From: Terriglobia bacterium
Lineage (GTDB): Bacteria; Acidobacteriota; Terriglobia; 20CM-2-55-15
Assembly (NCBI GenBank): GCA_965218585.1
Contig: CBDCLE010000026.1
Location: forward strand, 313,833-377,832
Length of the DNA stretch: 64,000 nucleotides
Direction of reading: 5' to 3'
Below are positions 50,153-59,687 of the stretch, piece after piece. Under the pieces are notes generated by a model that saw nothing but the letters and a program-made list of their open reading frames with translations, was not told the DNA's origin and made no database searches. Both the position numbers and the translations under genes were made by a program. Positions within the stretch are counted from its first letter, which is position 1, and every line of letters starts with the position of its first letter.

Positions 50153-51007
50153 CTACTGCCCGCCTGCCTCTAACTGCAACATGTACTCCGGCAACGCGGT
50201 TTCGGCTCCGCCCTGGCCCGCCTCGACAGGAAGGTTGTGCTTCGTGGCAAAGTCATTCGCGTACTGATTCTCACCGGGCAGATGATGGGGCACCGCGCCG
50301 CGGTCCCGCGGCACCTCGACGACAACGCTACAGGGATACGGCTGCATGTTGTCGTCCTCGAGGCGGAGAAAACCGTTCGTCTTGACCATGGGCTCGGTCA
50401 GATAGTGTGGGTCCTCGACCATGTAAACATGAGTCATGACGTCGCCATGAACGATGAACAAGTCGGTCATCATGGCCTCATCGCTGATGGAGAGACCGTT
50501 GCGCCGGATCCAGCCCGCCTTCAAATGTGTCGTGCGCACCCTGAGTGTGTCACCCACCCACTCCCCGGTAGAGAATCCCTGCCAGGTATGAGGCGCGAAC
50601 GCGGGCGGATGCGGCCGTCCATCCATCCAGATCGTGCGTTCCTGCTCCATCCAGCGGATGTGTGTTCGGTAAGCGACGACTGACTCGGTCCGATTGTCGA
50701 CTATCGGCCGGATGCGCATGTTGCCGACTCCCCGGAGTCCATATGTCGAAGGATGCGGTTTGCATTGGTGCTCAGGCAGAGTCAGCAACGACGCGTCCCA
50801 ACTGTAAGCCCGCCGGCGCATGGCGTCATTGACCGGAAGACCCGCGTAGTCACCGAGCTCGGGCCCGGCCACTCGTTCGATCGCGTCCTCGTGCATAATC
50901 GGGCCCCAGTTGCCGGTGAAATTCAACTGCGCATGCGCAGGTGAACCCGCACCGAGGGCCATCGCCACCGCCAGGACACTCACTAAAAAGGCGACTCTGT
51001 GACTCAT
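50153..51007 (-). CDS. Uncharacterised secreted Cys-pair family protein (member 6; tandem duplicate of member 5)
   Basis: Near-identical to 49246..50097; GGAGG RBS before MSHRV. Confidence 0.82.
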   Translation of the reverse strand: MSHRVAFLVSVLAVAMALGAGSPAHAQLNFTGNWGPIMHEDAIERVAGPELGDYAGLPVNDAMRRRAYSWDASLLTLPEHQCKPHPSTYGLRGVGNMRIRPIVDNRTESVVAYRTHIRWMEQERTIWMDGRPHPPAFAPHTWQGFSTGEWVGDTLRVRTTHLKAGWIRRNGLSISDEAMMTDLFIVHGDVMTHVYMVEDPHYLTEPMVKTNGFLRLEDDNMQPYPCSVVVEVPRDRGAVPHHLPGENQYANDFATKHNLPVEAGQGGAETALPEYMLQLEAGGQ

Positions 51008-51051
51008 CGAACAACCTCCATCCGAATTCGGTCTTTTAAAACAGATCGGAT

Positions 51052-51076
51052 GTGCGGTCATAGACCCCACCTACAG
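51052..51076. repeat. Single GTAG-type REP
   Basis: GTGCGGTCATAGACCCCACCTACAG. Confidence 0.8.
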
Positions 51077-51205
51077 TGCCGACCATGTTATGCGCGCCTC
51101 GCAACCCGCGCCTTTCAGAAACCGTACTCAAAGGAACAGAATCTTTACCGATTGATCAGTGACCCATTCTGCTACCAAGCTGGCCCGACCGCAATTCTTT
51201 AGTCC

Positions 51206-52255
51206 TTAACCCTTCCGAAGCGGCCAAAAGCCAAAAAACTCCGCGAAGAAGATCAGGAAAGGAAAGGTCACGCTCAGCAAGGCCGAAGCCAGCCAGATTT
51301 CGTAGTCATAGGCCGGCGGGCCACCGGCCAGCGATCCCGTAACCGTAGGCATGAGAGCACTATAAACCAACGCCAGAATGGAACCGACCACAGCGGCAGC
51401 GACGGCACTGACAACGCCCTTCAGCGGCTGAGCCAGCTTGCCGGCTATCGATCCCTGGAGCATGTTGAGGACAACGATCGTCCCGAAGATGAACGGGACA
51501 GGAACACGCACCATGAAGCGAACAACTTCGACACCCATCAGGACGGTCCCGATGTAGAACGCGATTCCACCCACGACCAGTGCGGTGATTGTCCAGACGA
51601 GCCCGAGGACCGGTTGTTGCATAACGGCGGGAAACTTCGTCATCGGCCAGAGATCAAAATGCACAACGAGAAACAGCGCGGCGAGGGCCGAGAGATAGAA
51701 GACCAAAGCGTTGAACGCGTTGAACATCCCTCCAGGGTCCAGTGCCGCCACATAAACCGGCGCGCCCTCCATGAAACCGTAATCGAACAGGATCAGGAAC
51801 AACACGTAGTTGACGACGTAACACGCGGCCAACATCGATAGCCCGGCCACAGTCTGATTCTTGAAGATCGCGGTAAATGGCCAACCACCCCACACTATCG
51901 CGGCGAAGAAGGCGACCACGACGGAAACAATGGCACACTGCGCCAGCATGGGCGATGGCGGACTGACGCCCCCGCCCGGGACGAGGAAGTAAACCACGCC
52001 CACTACGAGCCCCACCACGAGCGTCAAGGCCACCAGGAGGATACCTTGCAGAGGCTGACCCTGCCCGGCCGCTGCCTCCGGGAGTTTCACTCCCCACGTA
52101 ACGGCTATCACGATCTGCATCGGAATGACGCAGAGCAGCCCGTAAGCAATCCAGCCGGCAAACAGCGGAAATTCAAAAAGCGAGACGAAGCCGAGCGAAA
52201 CGACGATGACTAGCGCGGTCGCGGCAATTCCCAGTACTGGTTGTTTCAGATCCAA
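51206..52255 (-). CDS. Polytopic membrane protein (about 10 TM), putative transporter
   Basis: Very hydrophobic; five QPxxG-like repeats; TTG start with GGAGG RBS. Confidence 0.8.
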   Translation of the reverse strand: MDLKQPVLGIAATALVIVVSLGFVSLFEFPLFAGWIAYGLLCVIPMQIVIAVTWGVKLPEAAAGQGQPLQGILLVALTLVVGLVVGVVYFLVPGGGVSPPSPMLAQCAIVSVVVAFFAAIVWGGWPFTAIFKNQTVAGLSMLAACYVVNYVLFLILFDYGFMEGAPVYVAALDPGGMFNAFNALVFYLSALAALFLVVHFDLWPMTKFPAVMQQPVLGLVWTITALVVGGIAFYIGTVLMGVEVVRFMVRVPVPFIFGTIVVLNMLQGSIAGKLAQPLKGVVSAVAAAVVGSILALVYSALMPTVTGSLAGGPPAYDYEIWLASALLSVTFPFLIFFAEFFGFWPLRKG

Positions 52256-52345
52256 GGCTGTCCTCCATTGCGTTCTTGCCCCCAGCGGTGGTCTAAGCCC
52301 ACCCGGAGCGGTTTAATCAGTTCAGCGTCCGGTTCAGTCTGCCGC

Positions 52346-54568
52346 TTAAGACGGCAGTTTCTCCTCGATCCATCCACGAATCACATCGAAGACTTCTTTC
52401 CGGTTCGTCTCGATCATCGCAAAGTGTCCGTTGCCGGTAATGCCGCGATCCCCCAGATTCAAGTGCTCTGCATCGGCACCGGACGCCCGGAGAGCTTCGA
52501 CGATCCCCGAACCTCGTTGGGCACGCCCGGAGTTTTCGGCAGTCAGATACAACATCGGGATGTTCCGCAAGTTCGGAAGCGCCCGTCCCGGGTTGTCTCC
52601 CCGTCCCACCAATGGCGCGCCGCCGCCTTCGTAGCAGATGAGGGCGCGGGTCAGCTCCGGGCGCTCGTCGGCAACGATCCACCCGAATGGCCCACCAGCC
52701 GAGTGGGTCTGGATGATCGCCGGGCCAATCTTATCCAGCAACTCTCCACCGCGGCTACGCCAGTACTCTTGCATCTGCTCGCCATTCCGCGGCGCGGCGT
52801 TCTGGCCAGCCATGAACTGATCGAGCAATGGATCTCCGATCTGACCCGTCCCTTCCCAACGGGGAGGATACCCTGCCGCCGCACGCTGGAAGTCCCTGGA
52901 TATCCCCGCATACATGGGCAGGTTACCGATCGGTCCCAGGGTATCGAGCCGGTACGAAATCCGGCCGTGTCCCGGGCGATCCACCAGATACACCTGGTAT
53001 CCGGCCTGGGCATAGTAGTGGGCCCAGCCCGCGTTACCGTTGATGCCCATGTTGTGTGTCATCTGGCCGCCGCCGCCGTGGACGAGGACGATCGGCGTGG
53101 GATAACGCACGTCTTCGGGAATCAAATACTGCACGTACATCTGGCCGACTATGATTGTCCCGTAGTCCATCTCTTTCGCCTCGGTGCCGACCCAGAAGAA
53201 TCCGGAATTAGCCAGCTTCAATGCGGTTGACTCGGTGCCGCGGCGCGGAACGGACGGCGTGAGTCCGGTAACGTTCTTGTCTATCCAGTCCAGGATCGGC
53301 TGTAGTACCTGACGGTTGTTCCGCTCCACCATCATCATGTGGCCGTTGCCGTGGATGCCGGCGTCGGCGATCCGAAGCTCTTCGGCCTTGACGCCGGCCT
53401 GCCTCAAAAACGCAACCTGGCCCGGACTTCCGGGGGCGGCCCTGGAAGCTTCGGCGGTCACAGCAAGGACCGCAGTGTTGGCCAGATTCGGCAACCGGCG
53501 TGCCGGTTCGGTCTGCAGCCAGTATCCGCCGACTCCGGGTTCGGGATTGTCCACGCGCACAACTTCGATCTCGGACGGATCTTCGATGGGCGGATCGTAA
53601 GTTACCGGAATCGTCGACATGCCCCATCGGTTGCCACCGGCGAACGGCTGGCCACCGCCTTCGACCATGATCGTCGCGCGGACCAAGTCCGGGCGGGCTT
53701 CGGCGACGAGCAGACCAAAAGCTCCTCCGGCGGAGTGGGTCATGATGATTGCAGGCCCGATCTGATCGAGTAGATCGGCACCCGCTTCCCGCCAGGTCAT
53801 GTGTGCCAGATTCGGCTGCCCCGCGGCGCGCTGATTTGCCGGCAGGGAAGGATCCCTCGGACCACCTCCACCACCGGGTCGAACCACATAGCTCCCACCT
53901 TGAGAGGCGAGGAACTGGGCGGTGTCGGCGGAACCGATCACGCCGGGTCCGGGCCACTGGGTGTGATTCCGACGGTATGGATCGGTGTTGTCCGGCGTGG
54001 GCGGAGTGAAATTCCCTGACAGGCCCTCCATCGTGCCCGCACGCTCGGGAATCCCTCCGTGGAGAAGCGGGTGCTGTGGCGAACGGCCGTGTCCCGGACG
54101 GTCCACAACGTATACCTTGAATCCCTCGGCAACCAGATGTTGGAACCAACCCGGACGGCCGTCCGGGGTCCCCATCCAGTCGAGGCCCTGTCCACCACCG
54201 CCGTGCACGAGCACGATCGGAAACGGGTGACGCACCTCGGACGGCACCATGTACTCGACGTACATCTGCTGCCCACCAACGAAGCTTCCTCGAGCGGTGT
54301 CGGCGCGCTTCACGTTGACCCACATGTAGCTCCACTCGGCTACATCGAGCGCCAGTGGCTCGGCTCCGGAAGCGCCCTCGGTCTGGGATGCAAGAGTTGA
54401 GGCTGCAGCCGGCTTCGCCCTCAGCTGGCCAAGCGCTGCGGCCCCGGCGCCGGCGACCCCCAAAACCCCAGCCCGGTGCATGAATTCACGACGGCTGATG
54501 CGACCGTCGGCGTAGGTCTGGCACAGCTTCACCACGCGATCATCTCGAATCGACTTCTTCGTGCTCAT
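52346..54568 (-). CDS. Tat-exported protein with two tandem alpha/beta-hydrolase domains
   Basis: SRREFM signal; QMYVxY, VLVHGGGG, VDRPGHGR, THSAGG and GNGH each occur twice. Confidence 0.88.
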   Translation of the reverse strand: MSTKKSIRDDRVVKLCQTYADGRISRREFMHRAGVLGVAGAGAAALGQLRAKPAAASTLASQTEGASGAEPLALDVAEWSYMWVNVKRADTARGSFVGGQQMYVEYMVPSEVRHPFPIVLVHGGGGQGLDWMGTPDGRPGWFQHLVAEGFKVYVVDRPGHGRSPQHPLLHGGIPERAGTMEGLSGNFTPPTPDNTDPYRRNHTQWPGPGVIGSADTAQFLASQGGSYVVRPGGGGGPRDPSLPANQRAAGQPNLAHMTWREAGADLLDQIGPAIIMTHSAGGAFGLLVAEARPDLVRATIMVEGGGQPFAGGNRWGMSTIPVTYDPPIEDPSEIEVVRVDNPEPGVGGYWLQTEPARRLPNLANTAVLAVTAEASRAAPGSPGQVAFLRQAGVKAEELRIADAGIHGNGHMMMVERNNRQVLQPILDWIDKNVTGLTPSVPRRGTESTALKLANSGFFWVGTEAKEMDYGTIIVGQMYVQYLIPEDVRYPTPIVLVHGGGGQMTHNMGINGNAGWAHYYAQAGYQVYLVDRPGHGRISYRLDTLGPIGNLPMYAGISRDFQRAAAGYPPRWEGTGQIGDPLLDQFMAGQNAAPRNGEQMQEYWRSRGGELLDKIGPAIIQTHSAGGPFGWIVADERPELTRALICYEGGGAPLVGRGDNPGRALPNLRNIPMLYLTAENSGRAQRGSGIVEALRASGADAEHLNLGDRGITGNGHFAMIETNRKEVFDVIRGWIEEKLPS

Positions 54569-54799
54569 AACCGGTCCTCCGGAGGGGCTGTGGATTTCGT
54601 CGGCGCGTGCCTTGAACCGACTCCGTACTTTTCGACAGATTGGAGCGGCAAGATACAACGTATACGCCTCGGTTGCAATCCAAATAGCTGCCTGTTGATT
54701 TGCACCCAAAACTGATCCACTTAAAGCGGGTATTTGCATCGAAATTTGACCCACGTGTATACCCATTCCTGCCGATTAACAGAGCAGGAGGGCAAAGGA

Positions 54800-56327
54800 G
54801 TGATAGACGTGGCGATATTGAGTGTGATCAGACGCTGGCATGTACGAGAGGGCGTATCGATTCGAGAGATCAGCAGGCGAACGAAGCTGTCGCGCAATAC
54901 GATCCGGAAGCACTTGGCGAGCGGCGCTCTGGAGGCGGTCTATCCGAAGCGCAGGAGCCGGAGCAAAGTGGACGGCTACGCCGAGTTGCTGGCGTCGTGG
55001 CTGAAGCGGGAATCGGCCCGGGGTCGCAAGGAGCGGCGTAATCTCAAGCAGCTGCACGGCGAGTTGATGAAGCTTGGCTACACGGGGTCCTATGACCGTG
55101 TGGCGGCGTTTGCGCGGGTATGGCGGCGCCAACAGCAAGAAGCCTCGAAGGTGAGCCGGGACACGTTCGTGCCGCTGGTGTTTGCGCCCGGCGAAGCGTT
55201 CCAGTTCGACTGGAGCGAGGACTGGGTGGTCATCGGCGGTGAACGCACGAAGCTGATGGTGGCGCAGTTCAAACTCTGCCACAGCCGGGCGTTCATGCTG
55301 CGGGCTTATCCGCTACAGTCCCACGAGATGCTGTTCGACGCCCACAACTATTGTCTGGCGGCGTTGGGCGGTGTGCCCCGGCGGGGCATCTACGACAACA
55401 TGAAGACAGCGGTGGACCGAGTGGGCCGAGGGAAGGCCCGGGTGGTCAACGCCCGGTTCAAGGCGATGGTGAGCCATTTCCTGTTCGAAGCGGAGTTCTG
55501 CACGCCTGGCGCCGGATGGGAGAAAGGCCAGATCGAGAAGAACGTCCGGGACGCGCGGCCCCGTCTGTTCCATGACGCGCCTGGGTTTGCTGGCTTCCGT
55601 GACGTGAACGTGTGGCTTGAGCGGCGATGCCGGGGTCTCTGGGACGAGATCCATCACCCGGAGCAGCCCCAGCGTACAGTCGCCGAGGTCTGGGCCGATG
55701 AGCACGCGCATCTGATGCGCATGCCGACGCCGTTCGATGGCTTTGTCGAGCACACCAAGCGTGTTTCTCCGACCTGCCTTATCGCCTTCGCGCGTAATCG
55801 CTACAGCGTGCCGGCCGCGTTTGCCAACCGGCCGGTCAGTGTCCGCGTCTACGCCGAACGCATCGTGATTGCCGCCGAAGGCCAGGTCATCGCTGAGCAT
55901 CCGCGGGTGATCGCGCGCGGGCGCGACTGCCGGTCAGGGCGAACCGTCTACGACTGGCGCCACTACCTGAGCGTCCTCCAACGAAAACCGGGCGCGTTGA
56001 GGAACGGCGCTCCCTTCGCCGAGCTTCCCCCAACCTTTCAAGCGCCTCCAGGCGGCGCGGCTCAAGCGACCTGGCGGGGACCGGGAGATGGTGGAGATCC
56101 TGGCGCTGGTGCTGCACCACGATGAGCCGGCGGTGCTGCGTGCCGCCGAGATCGCACTCGCAGCCGGGGCCGCCTCCAAGCAACATGTGCTCAATATCTT
56201 GAGCCGGTTACTGGAAGCCTCGCCGCCCAGCCTCATCGATATACCCGATGCGTTGACACTGCTCAATGAACCGAAGGCCGATGTTCATCGCTACGACCGC
56301 TTGAGAGGAGATGGCCATGTCATCTGA
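54800..56327 (+). CDS. istA: IS21 transposase IstA (frameshift near 56030-56038)
   Basis: N-terminal [16 protein letters not shown] and EKGQIEK; C-terminus [16 protein letters not shown] in another frame. Confidence 0.92.
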
Positions 56328-57090
56328 ATCTCTGGTCAGCGCGCTGAGGTCGCTCAAACTCCATGGCATGGCGCAAGCGGTCGATGAACTCGCGCGGCAA
56401 GGCGCTCCGGCTTTCTCAAACATAGAGCCCATGCTCCACACCTTAACCGAGGCCGAGGTCGCCGAGCGCGAGGTCCGCTCCATCAACTACCAGATGAGGA
56501 CCGCCCGCTTCCCAGCCTATCGCGACCTCTCCAACTTCGACTTCAATGAAAGCCCCGTTGATGAGGCACTGCTCAGCTCACTGTATCGATGTGACTTCGT
56601 CGCCGACGCTCACAACATCGTGATGATCGGCGGACCGGGCACCGGCAAGACCCATCTCGCCACGGCCATCGGCGTGCAGGCCATCACTCACCATCGCCTC
56701 AGAGTCCGGTTCTTCTCCACTATCGAACTCGTCAACACGCTGGAACAGGAGAAAGCCAAGGGTAAGACTGGGCAGATCGCCAACCGGCTCCTGCAAGTCG
56801 ATTTGGTCATTCTCGATGAACTCGGCTATCTGCCGTTCTCGCAGGCCGGCGGCGCCTTGCTGTTCCACCTGCTGAGCAAACTCTACGAGCGCACCCGCAG
56901 GGTCCTCACCACCAACCTTGCCTTCGGTGAATGGCCCCGGGTCTTCAACGACACGAAGATGACCGCCGCGCTGCTCGACCGCCTCACCCACCATTGCCAC
57001 ATCGTCGAAACCGGCAATGACAGTTACCGTTTTAGAAACAGTTCCACACACACAAAGGAGACTAAACCCCGGAAAAACCCCAACCCATGA
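56317..57090 (+). CDS. istB: IS21 ATPase IstB
   Basis: [15 protein letters not shown] and [15 protein letters not shown]. Confidence 0.95.
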   Translation: MSSESLVSALRSLKLHGMAQAVDELARQGAPAFSNIEPMLHTLTEAEVAEREVRSINYQMRTARFPAYRDLSNFDFNESPVDEALLSSLYRCDFVADAHNIVMIGGPGTGKTHLATAIGVQAITHHRLRVRFFSTIELVNTLEQEKAKGKTGQIANRLLQVDLVILDELGYLPFSQAGGALLFHLLSKLYERTRRVLTTNLAFGEWPRVFNDTKMTAALLDRLTHHCHIVETGNDSYRFRNSSTHTKETKPRKNPNP

Positions 57091-57377
57091 GCCATAATCC
57101 GGCTCTCTAACCCGGGTCAATTTTCAATGCAAAACCCGGATCACTTTTCCGTGCAAATTAACAAGCTGCCGACCCGGACACCTCCCGAGGGGCCCCGGAA
57201 TGGGTCCGATCCGCCCCGATCCGTGGCCATTTCGACCCCTGGCCACTCGACAGGTCGCGGGAAATCGCGCGACGGGATATGTTATAAAGGCGCGGCCCGT
57301 CGGAACAGAAATACTCGGGGGATCTGCAGTACCCGGATTTCTTAAAGTGGAATACTCCCGTTCAAGGAAGGCAACCG

Positions 57378-58115
57378 ATGACGATGGAAGTGAAATGGTG
57401 TGGATTCGACTACGGGCAATGCATCATGGAGCCCGGAGGTCTGCGCAATCCCCGCATGTTCGGAGACATCTATAAGGCGTTGGGCAAGCCGGAGCTGATT
57501 CCTCAGAAAATCAGCCAGTACAGAAAGCTCAAGGAAAAATACGGTTCCTACGGCCGGATCAAAGAGGGCCACCGGGACGAGATCCACAGCTATGTTCTGG
57601 AAGACGATCCCGAAGCGATCGAGCTTTTCAGCAACAAGGAACAAGAGCTTCTGGACATGGGCGATGGCCTGGAAGATGCCCTGGACTATCTCCAGGACCA
57701 AGGTATCGAGCTTCAGGTGGTCTCAGAGATGAAGAAGACCCTGGGAGCTGTGGGAACCGACATCGTTTCGAAATTCTTAAAGAGAAGAGATCTTATCAAA
57801 TACTTCAATGAGCTGGTCACGCCACAGGGAAAGATGAACCTGGTGGACGACACCGTCGACCCCAGATACAAGGGACACACCAAGAAAGACGGCACGCTTT
57901 ACGATGTCCTCGCCGAGGACTTGAAGGAACGTGGCATCGAGCCCCACGAAGCGGTCATGGTCGGAGACAAGCCGGAGACAGACATAAATCCTGCTCACGA
58001 CAGGGGTTTCAAGACGATCAAATACACAGGTTTTATTGACCTGGGTGAGTCGAAGGCGGACCTTGTCATCGATAGTTTCGAGGAACTGAAGAGCATTCTA
58101 AAGAAAAAGGACTAA
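57378..58115 (+). CDS. HAD-superfamily hydrolase
   Basis: Motif I GFDYGQC, motif II VVSE, motif III K and motif IV MVGDKPETD. Confidence 0.82.
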   Translation: MTMEVKWCGFDYGQCIMEPGGLRNPRMFGDIYKALGKPELIPQKISQYRKLKEKYGSYGRIKEGHRDEIHSYVLEDDPEAIELFSNKEQELLDMGDGLEDALDYLQDQGIELQVVSEMKKTLGAVGTDIVSKFLKRRDLIKYFNELVTPQGKMNLVDDTVDPRYKGHTKKDGTLYDVLAEDLKERGIEPHEAVMVGDKPETDINPAHDRGFKTIKYTGFIDLGESKADLVIDSFEELKSILKKKD

Positions 58116-58120
58116 CACCT

Positions 58121-58750
58121 GTGCCTAGATCCAAACCCCAGAAGGTGGTCGTCGAGTTTGACGATGGCTCGAAAACTGAAACGAGCTTTGAAGCCCTGCC
58201 ATCCCAGTTACAGTCCGAACTCTTGAGACAACCCTTTGCAAGTCAACCGAGTGCGAACCCGGATCAGGAGAAATATGTTTTGCTCGAGTGGGATGATGGA
58301 TGGAGGGAGGTTATCCAGGTGGATGCGGCCTGCTCTGCCCTCAACCGCTACTACGTGATCAGCCGCCCGGAAGACGTAGGCCGCCTTTCCCTGACCAAGG
58401 AAGAGGGCTATCCCGAACTCATTGAGATCGGTAGAAAGCCCCTGGACCTAAAGAAAGTCACTTTTCTCGACACCTTCGATCTCTCCCTCGAGCGATCGGA
58501 CAGGGAGGGCAAGAAGACCGACCATTTCTTTAAGCTGTCCAAAGGGGCTGATGCTTTTGGCGAGGAATTAAGCGCGTTTAGGAAAGCCGTTCATGAGGAA
58601 GGTTACGACCTTCAGGAACTCGGGACTTCCGGTCCCGACCAGCAGAGAGAAGCCTATGAAAAAATCCGGCGCAGGATGGGCATTCAGGCAACCCATCGTC
58701 AGCAGGACGTATTCGACTTCATCGCTTATCTCGGCAAAGCCGCACAGTAA
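58121..58750 (+). CDS. Hypothetical cytoplasmic protein, likely co-transcribed with the HAD gene
   Basis: 209-aa ORF starting 5 nt after the HAD stop; no recognisable motif. Confidence 0.7.
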   Translation: MPRSKPQKVVVEFDDGSKTETSFEALPSQLQSELLRQPFASQPSANPDQEKYVLLEWDDGWREVIQVDAACSALNRYYVISRPEDVGRLSLTKEEGYPELIEIGRKPLDLKKVTFLDTFDLSLERSDREGKKTDHFFKLSKGADAFGEELSAFRKAVHEEGYDLQELGTSGPDQQREAYEKIRRRMGIQATHRQQDVFDFIAYLGKAAQ

Positions 58751-58763
58751 GACACCACAAGTA

Positions 58764-58816
58764 CTGTAGGTGCGCTCTCGGAGCGCACAAAAATACGTTA
58801 CAGACTACCCCTACGG
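58764..58816. repeat. GTAG-type REP doublet (right arm degenerate)
   Basis: CTGTAGGTGCGCTCTCGGAGCGCAC...CCCCTACGG. Confidence 0.75.
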
Positions 58817-58834
58817 TTGAGTCGATTTTCGCAC

Positions 58835-59626
58835 TTACGTTCGAACGAGTTCTCCGACCAGTTTGTCGAGTTCCTGGTGCAGAGAAGGAGTTGCACCGAC
58901 AAGGAAGCTCCGCGTGTTCAGGTTCCACGGCCCGTTGCTTTCCAGGTCCGTAACAACGGCACCCGCCTCGGAAGCAATAAAGCAACCTGCCGCCGTATGG
59001 ACAGAGCCGTGGGAGACGACGGCCGGTGTTCTGACGTCCACGATGCCCGAAATCCGACCCGACGCGAGGAAAGCCCAGCTGACGGCCGAAGGAAAGACCA
59101 ACACATACCACCGGCGCACGGAAAACAGCCGGTCAATTACGCCCACTGCGGGGGCAGACCCCGGCCGGGGTTCGACCCAGATCGTCTTGCTGTCTTCACT
59201 TGCCGCAATCGGACGGTCCCGGGTCCCGGTGCGCATCCGTGCGCCCGAACCCTTTTCTGCAAACAGGATTTCATCTGTGCGTCCAACGCCGACGGCGGCG
59301 AGGGTGATTTCTCCGCCCTCGACAAGCGCAATGTTGGTGCAGTAGAGGGGAAGGTTCGAAGCAAACATGCGGGTTCCGCAGATCGGATCCACGAGCCAGT
59401 ATGGATCTCCGTTTCGAGGCGTGCCCCCACGCTCCTCGCCTATGACAGGATAATCTGGAAACGACCCGAGCAGATCCGATCGGATGGCGTCTTCACAGAC
59501 CACATCAGTAGCAGTAACAAGATCGATGCCGCCTTTCGACTCTGTTTCGTCGGCACCCTTTCTTGAGTCCGCGATCTTGAGCGCGTCAGCGACCGCGCCG
59601 ATCGCAGCTTCGGTTTCCGGCCTCAT
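58835..59626 (-). CDS. Inositol monophosphatase-fold protein with altered active site
   Basis: DLVTATD, IGEE, WLVDPICGT (canonical DPIDGT) and VHTAAG (canonical WDxAAG). Confidence 0.85.
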   Translation of the reverse strand: MRPETEAAIGAVADALKIADSRKGADETESKGGIDLVTATDVVCEDAIRSDLLGSFPDYPVIGEERGGTPRNGDPYWLVDPICGTRMFASNLPLYCTNIALVEGGEITLAAVGVGRTDEILFAEKGSGARMRTGTRDRPIAASEDSKTIWVEPRPGSAPAVGVIDRLFSVRRWYVLVFPSAVSWAFLASGRISGIVDVRTPAVVSHGSVHTAAGCFIASEAGAVVTDLESNGPWNLNTRSFLVGATPSLHQELDKLVGELVRT

Positions 59627-59687
59627 AACGCGTCAGCTTACCAGCTTGCAACGGCCATTAAACACTGTCATTAAGTTCGAAGTTAGG

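Larger units (their letters stand above)
54693..57163 (+). mobile_element. IS21-family insertion sequence, 2471 bp, 7-bp target duplication AGCTGCC
   Basis: IRL TGTTGATTTGCACCCAAAACTGATCC versus IRR(rc) TGTTAATTTGCACGGAAAAGTGATCC; internal second repeats at both ends; AGCTGCC at 54686-54692 and 57164-57170. Confidence 0.95.

Noticed and set aside
54569-54766. 806-aa version of the double hydrolase
   Set aside because: The 5' extension reads into the IS21 left end; the true start with RBS and Tat signal is at 54568
56027-56038. Programmed frameshift in istA
   Set aside because: It lies well inside istA rather than at the istA/istB junction, has no canonical slippery heptamer, and fits the window-wide homopolymer error pattern
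7735-58816. CRISPR array from the repeated palindromes
   Set aside because: The repeats are dispersed and inverted rather than regularly spaced, and no cas genes are present
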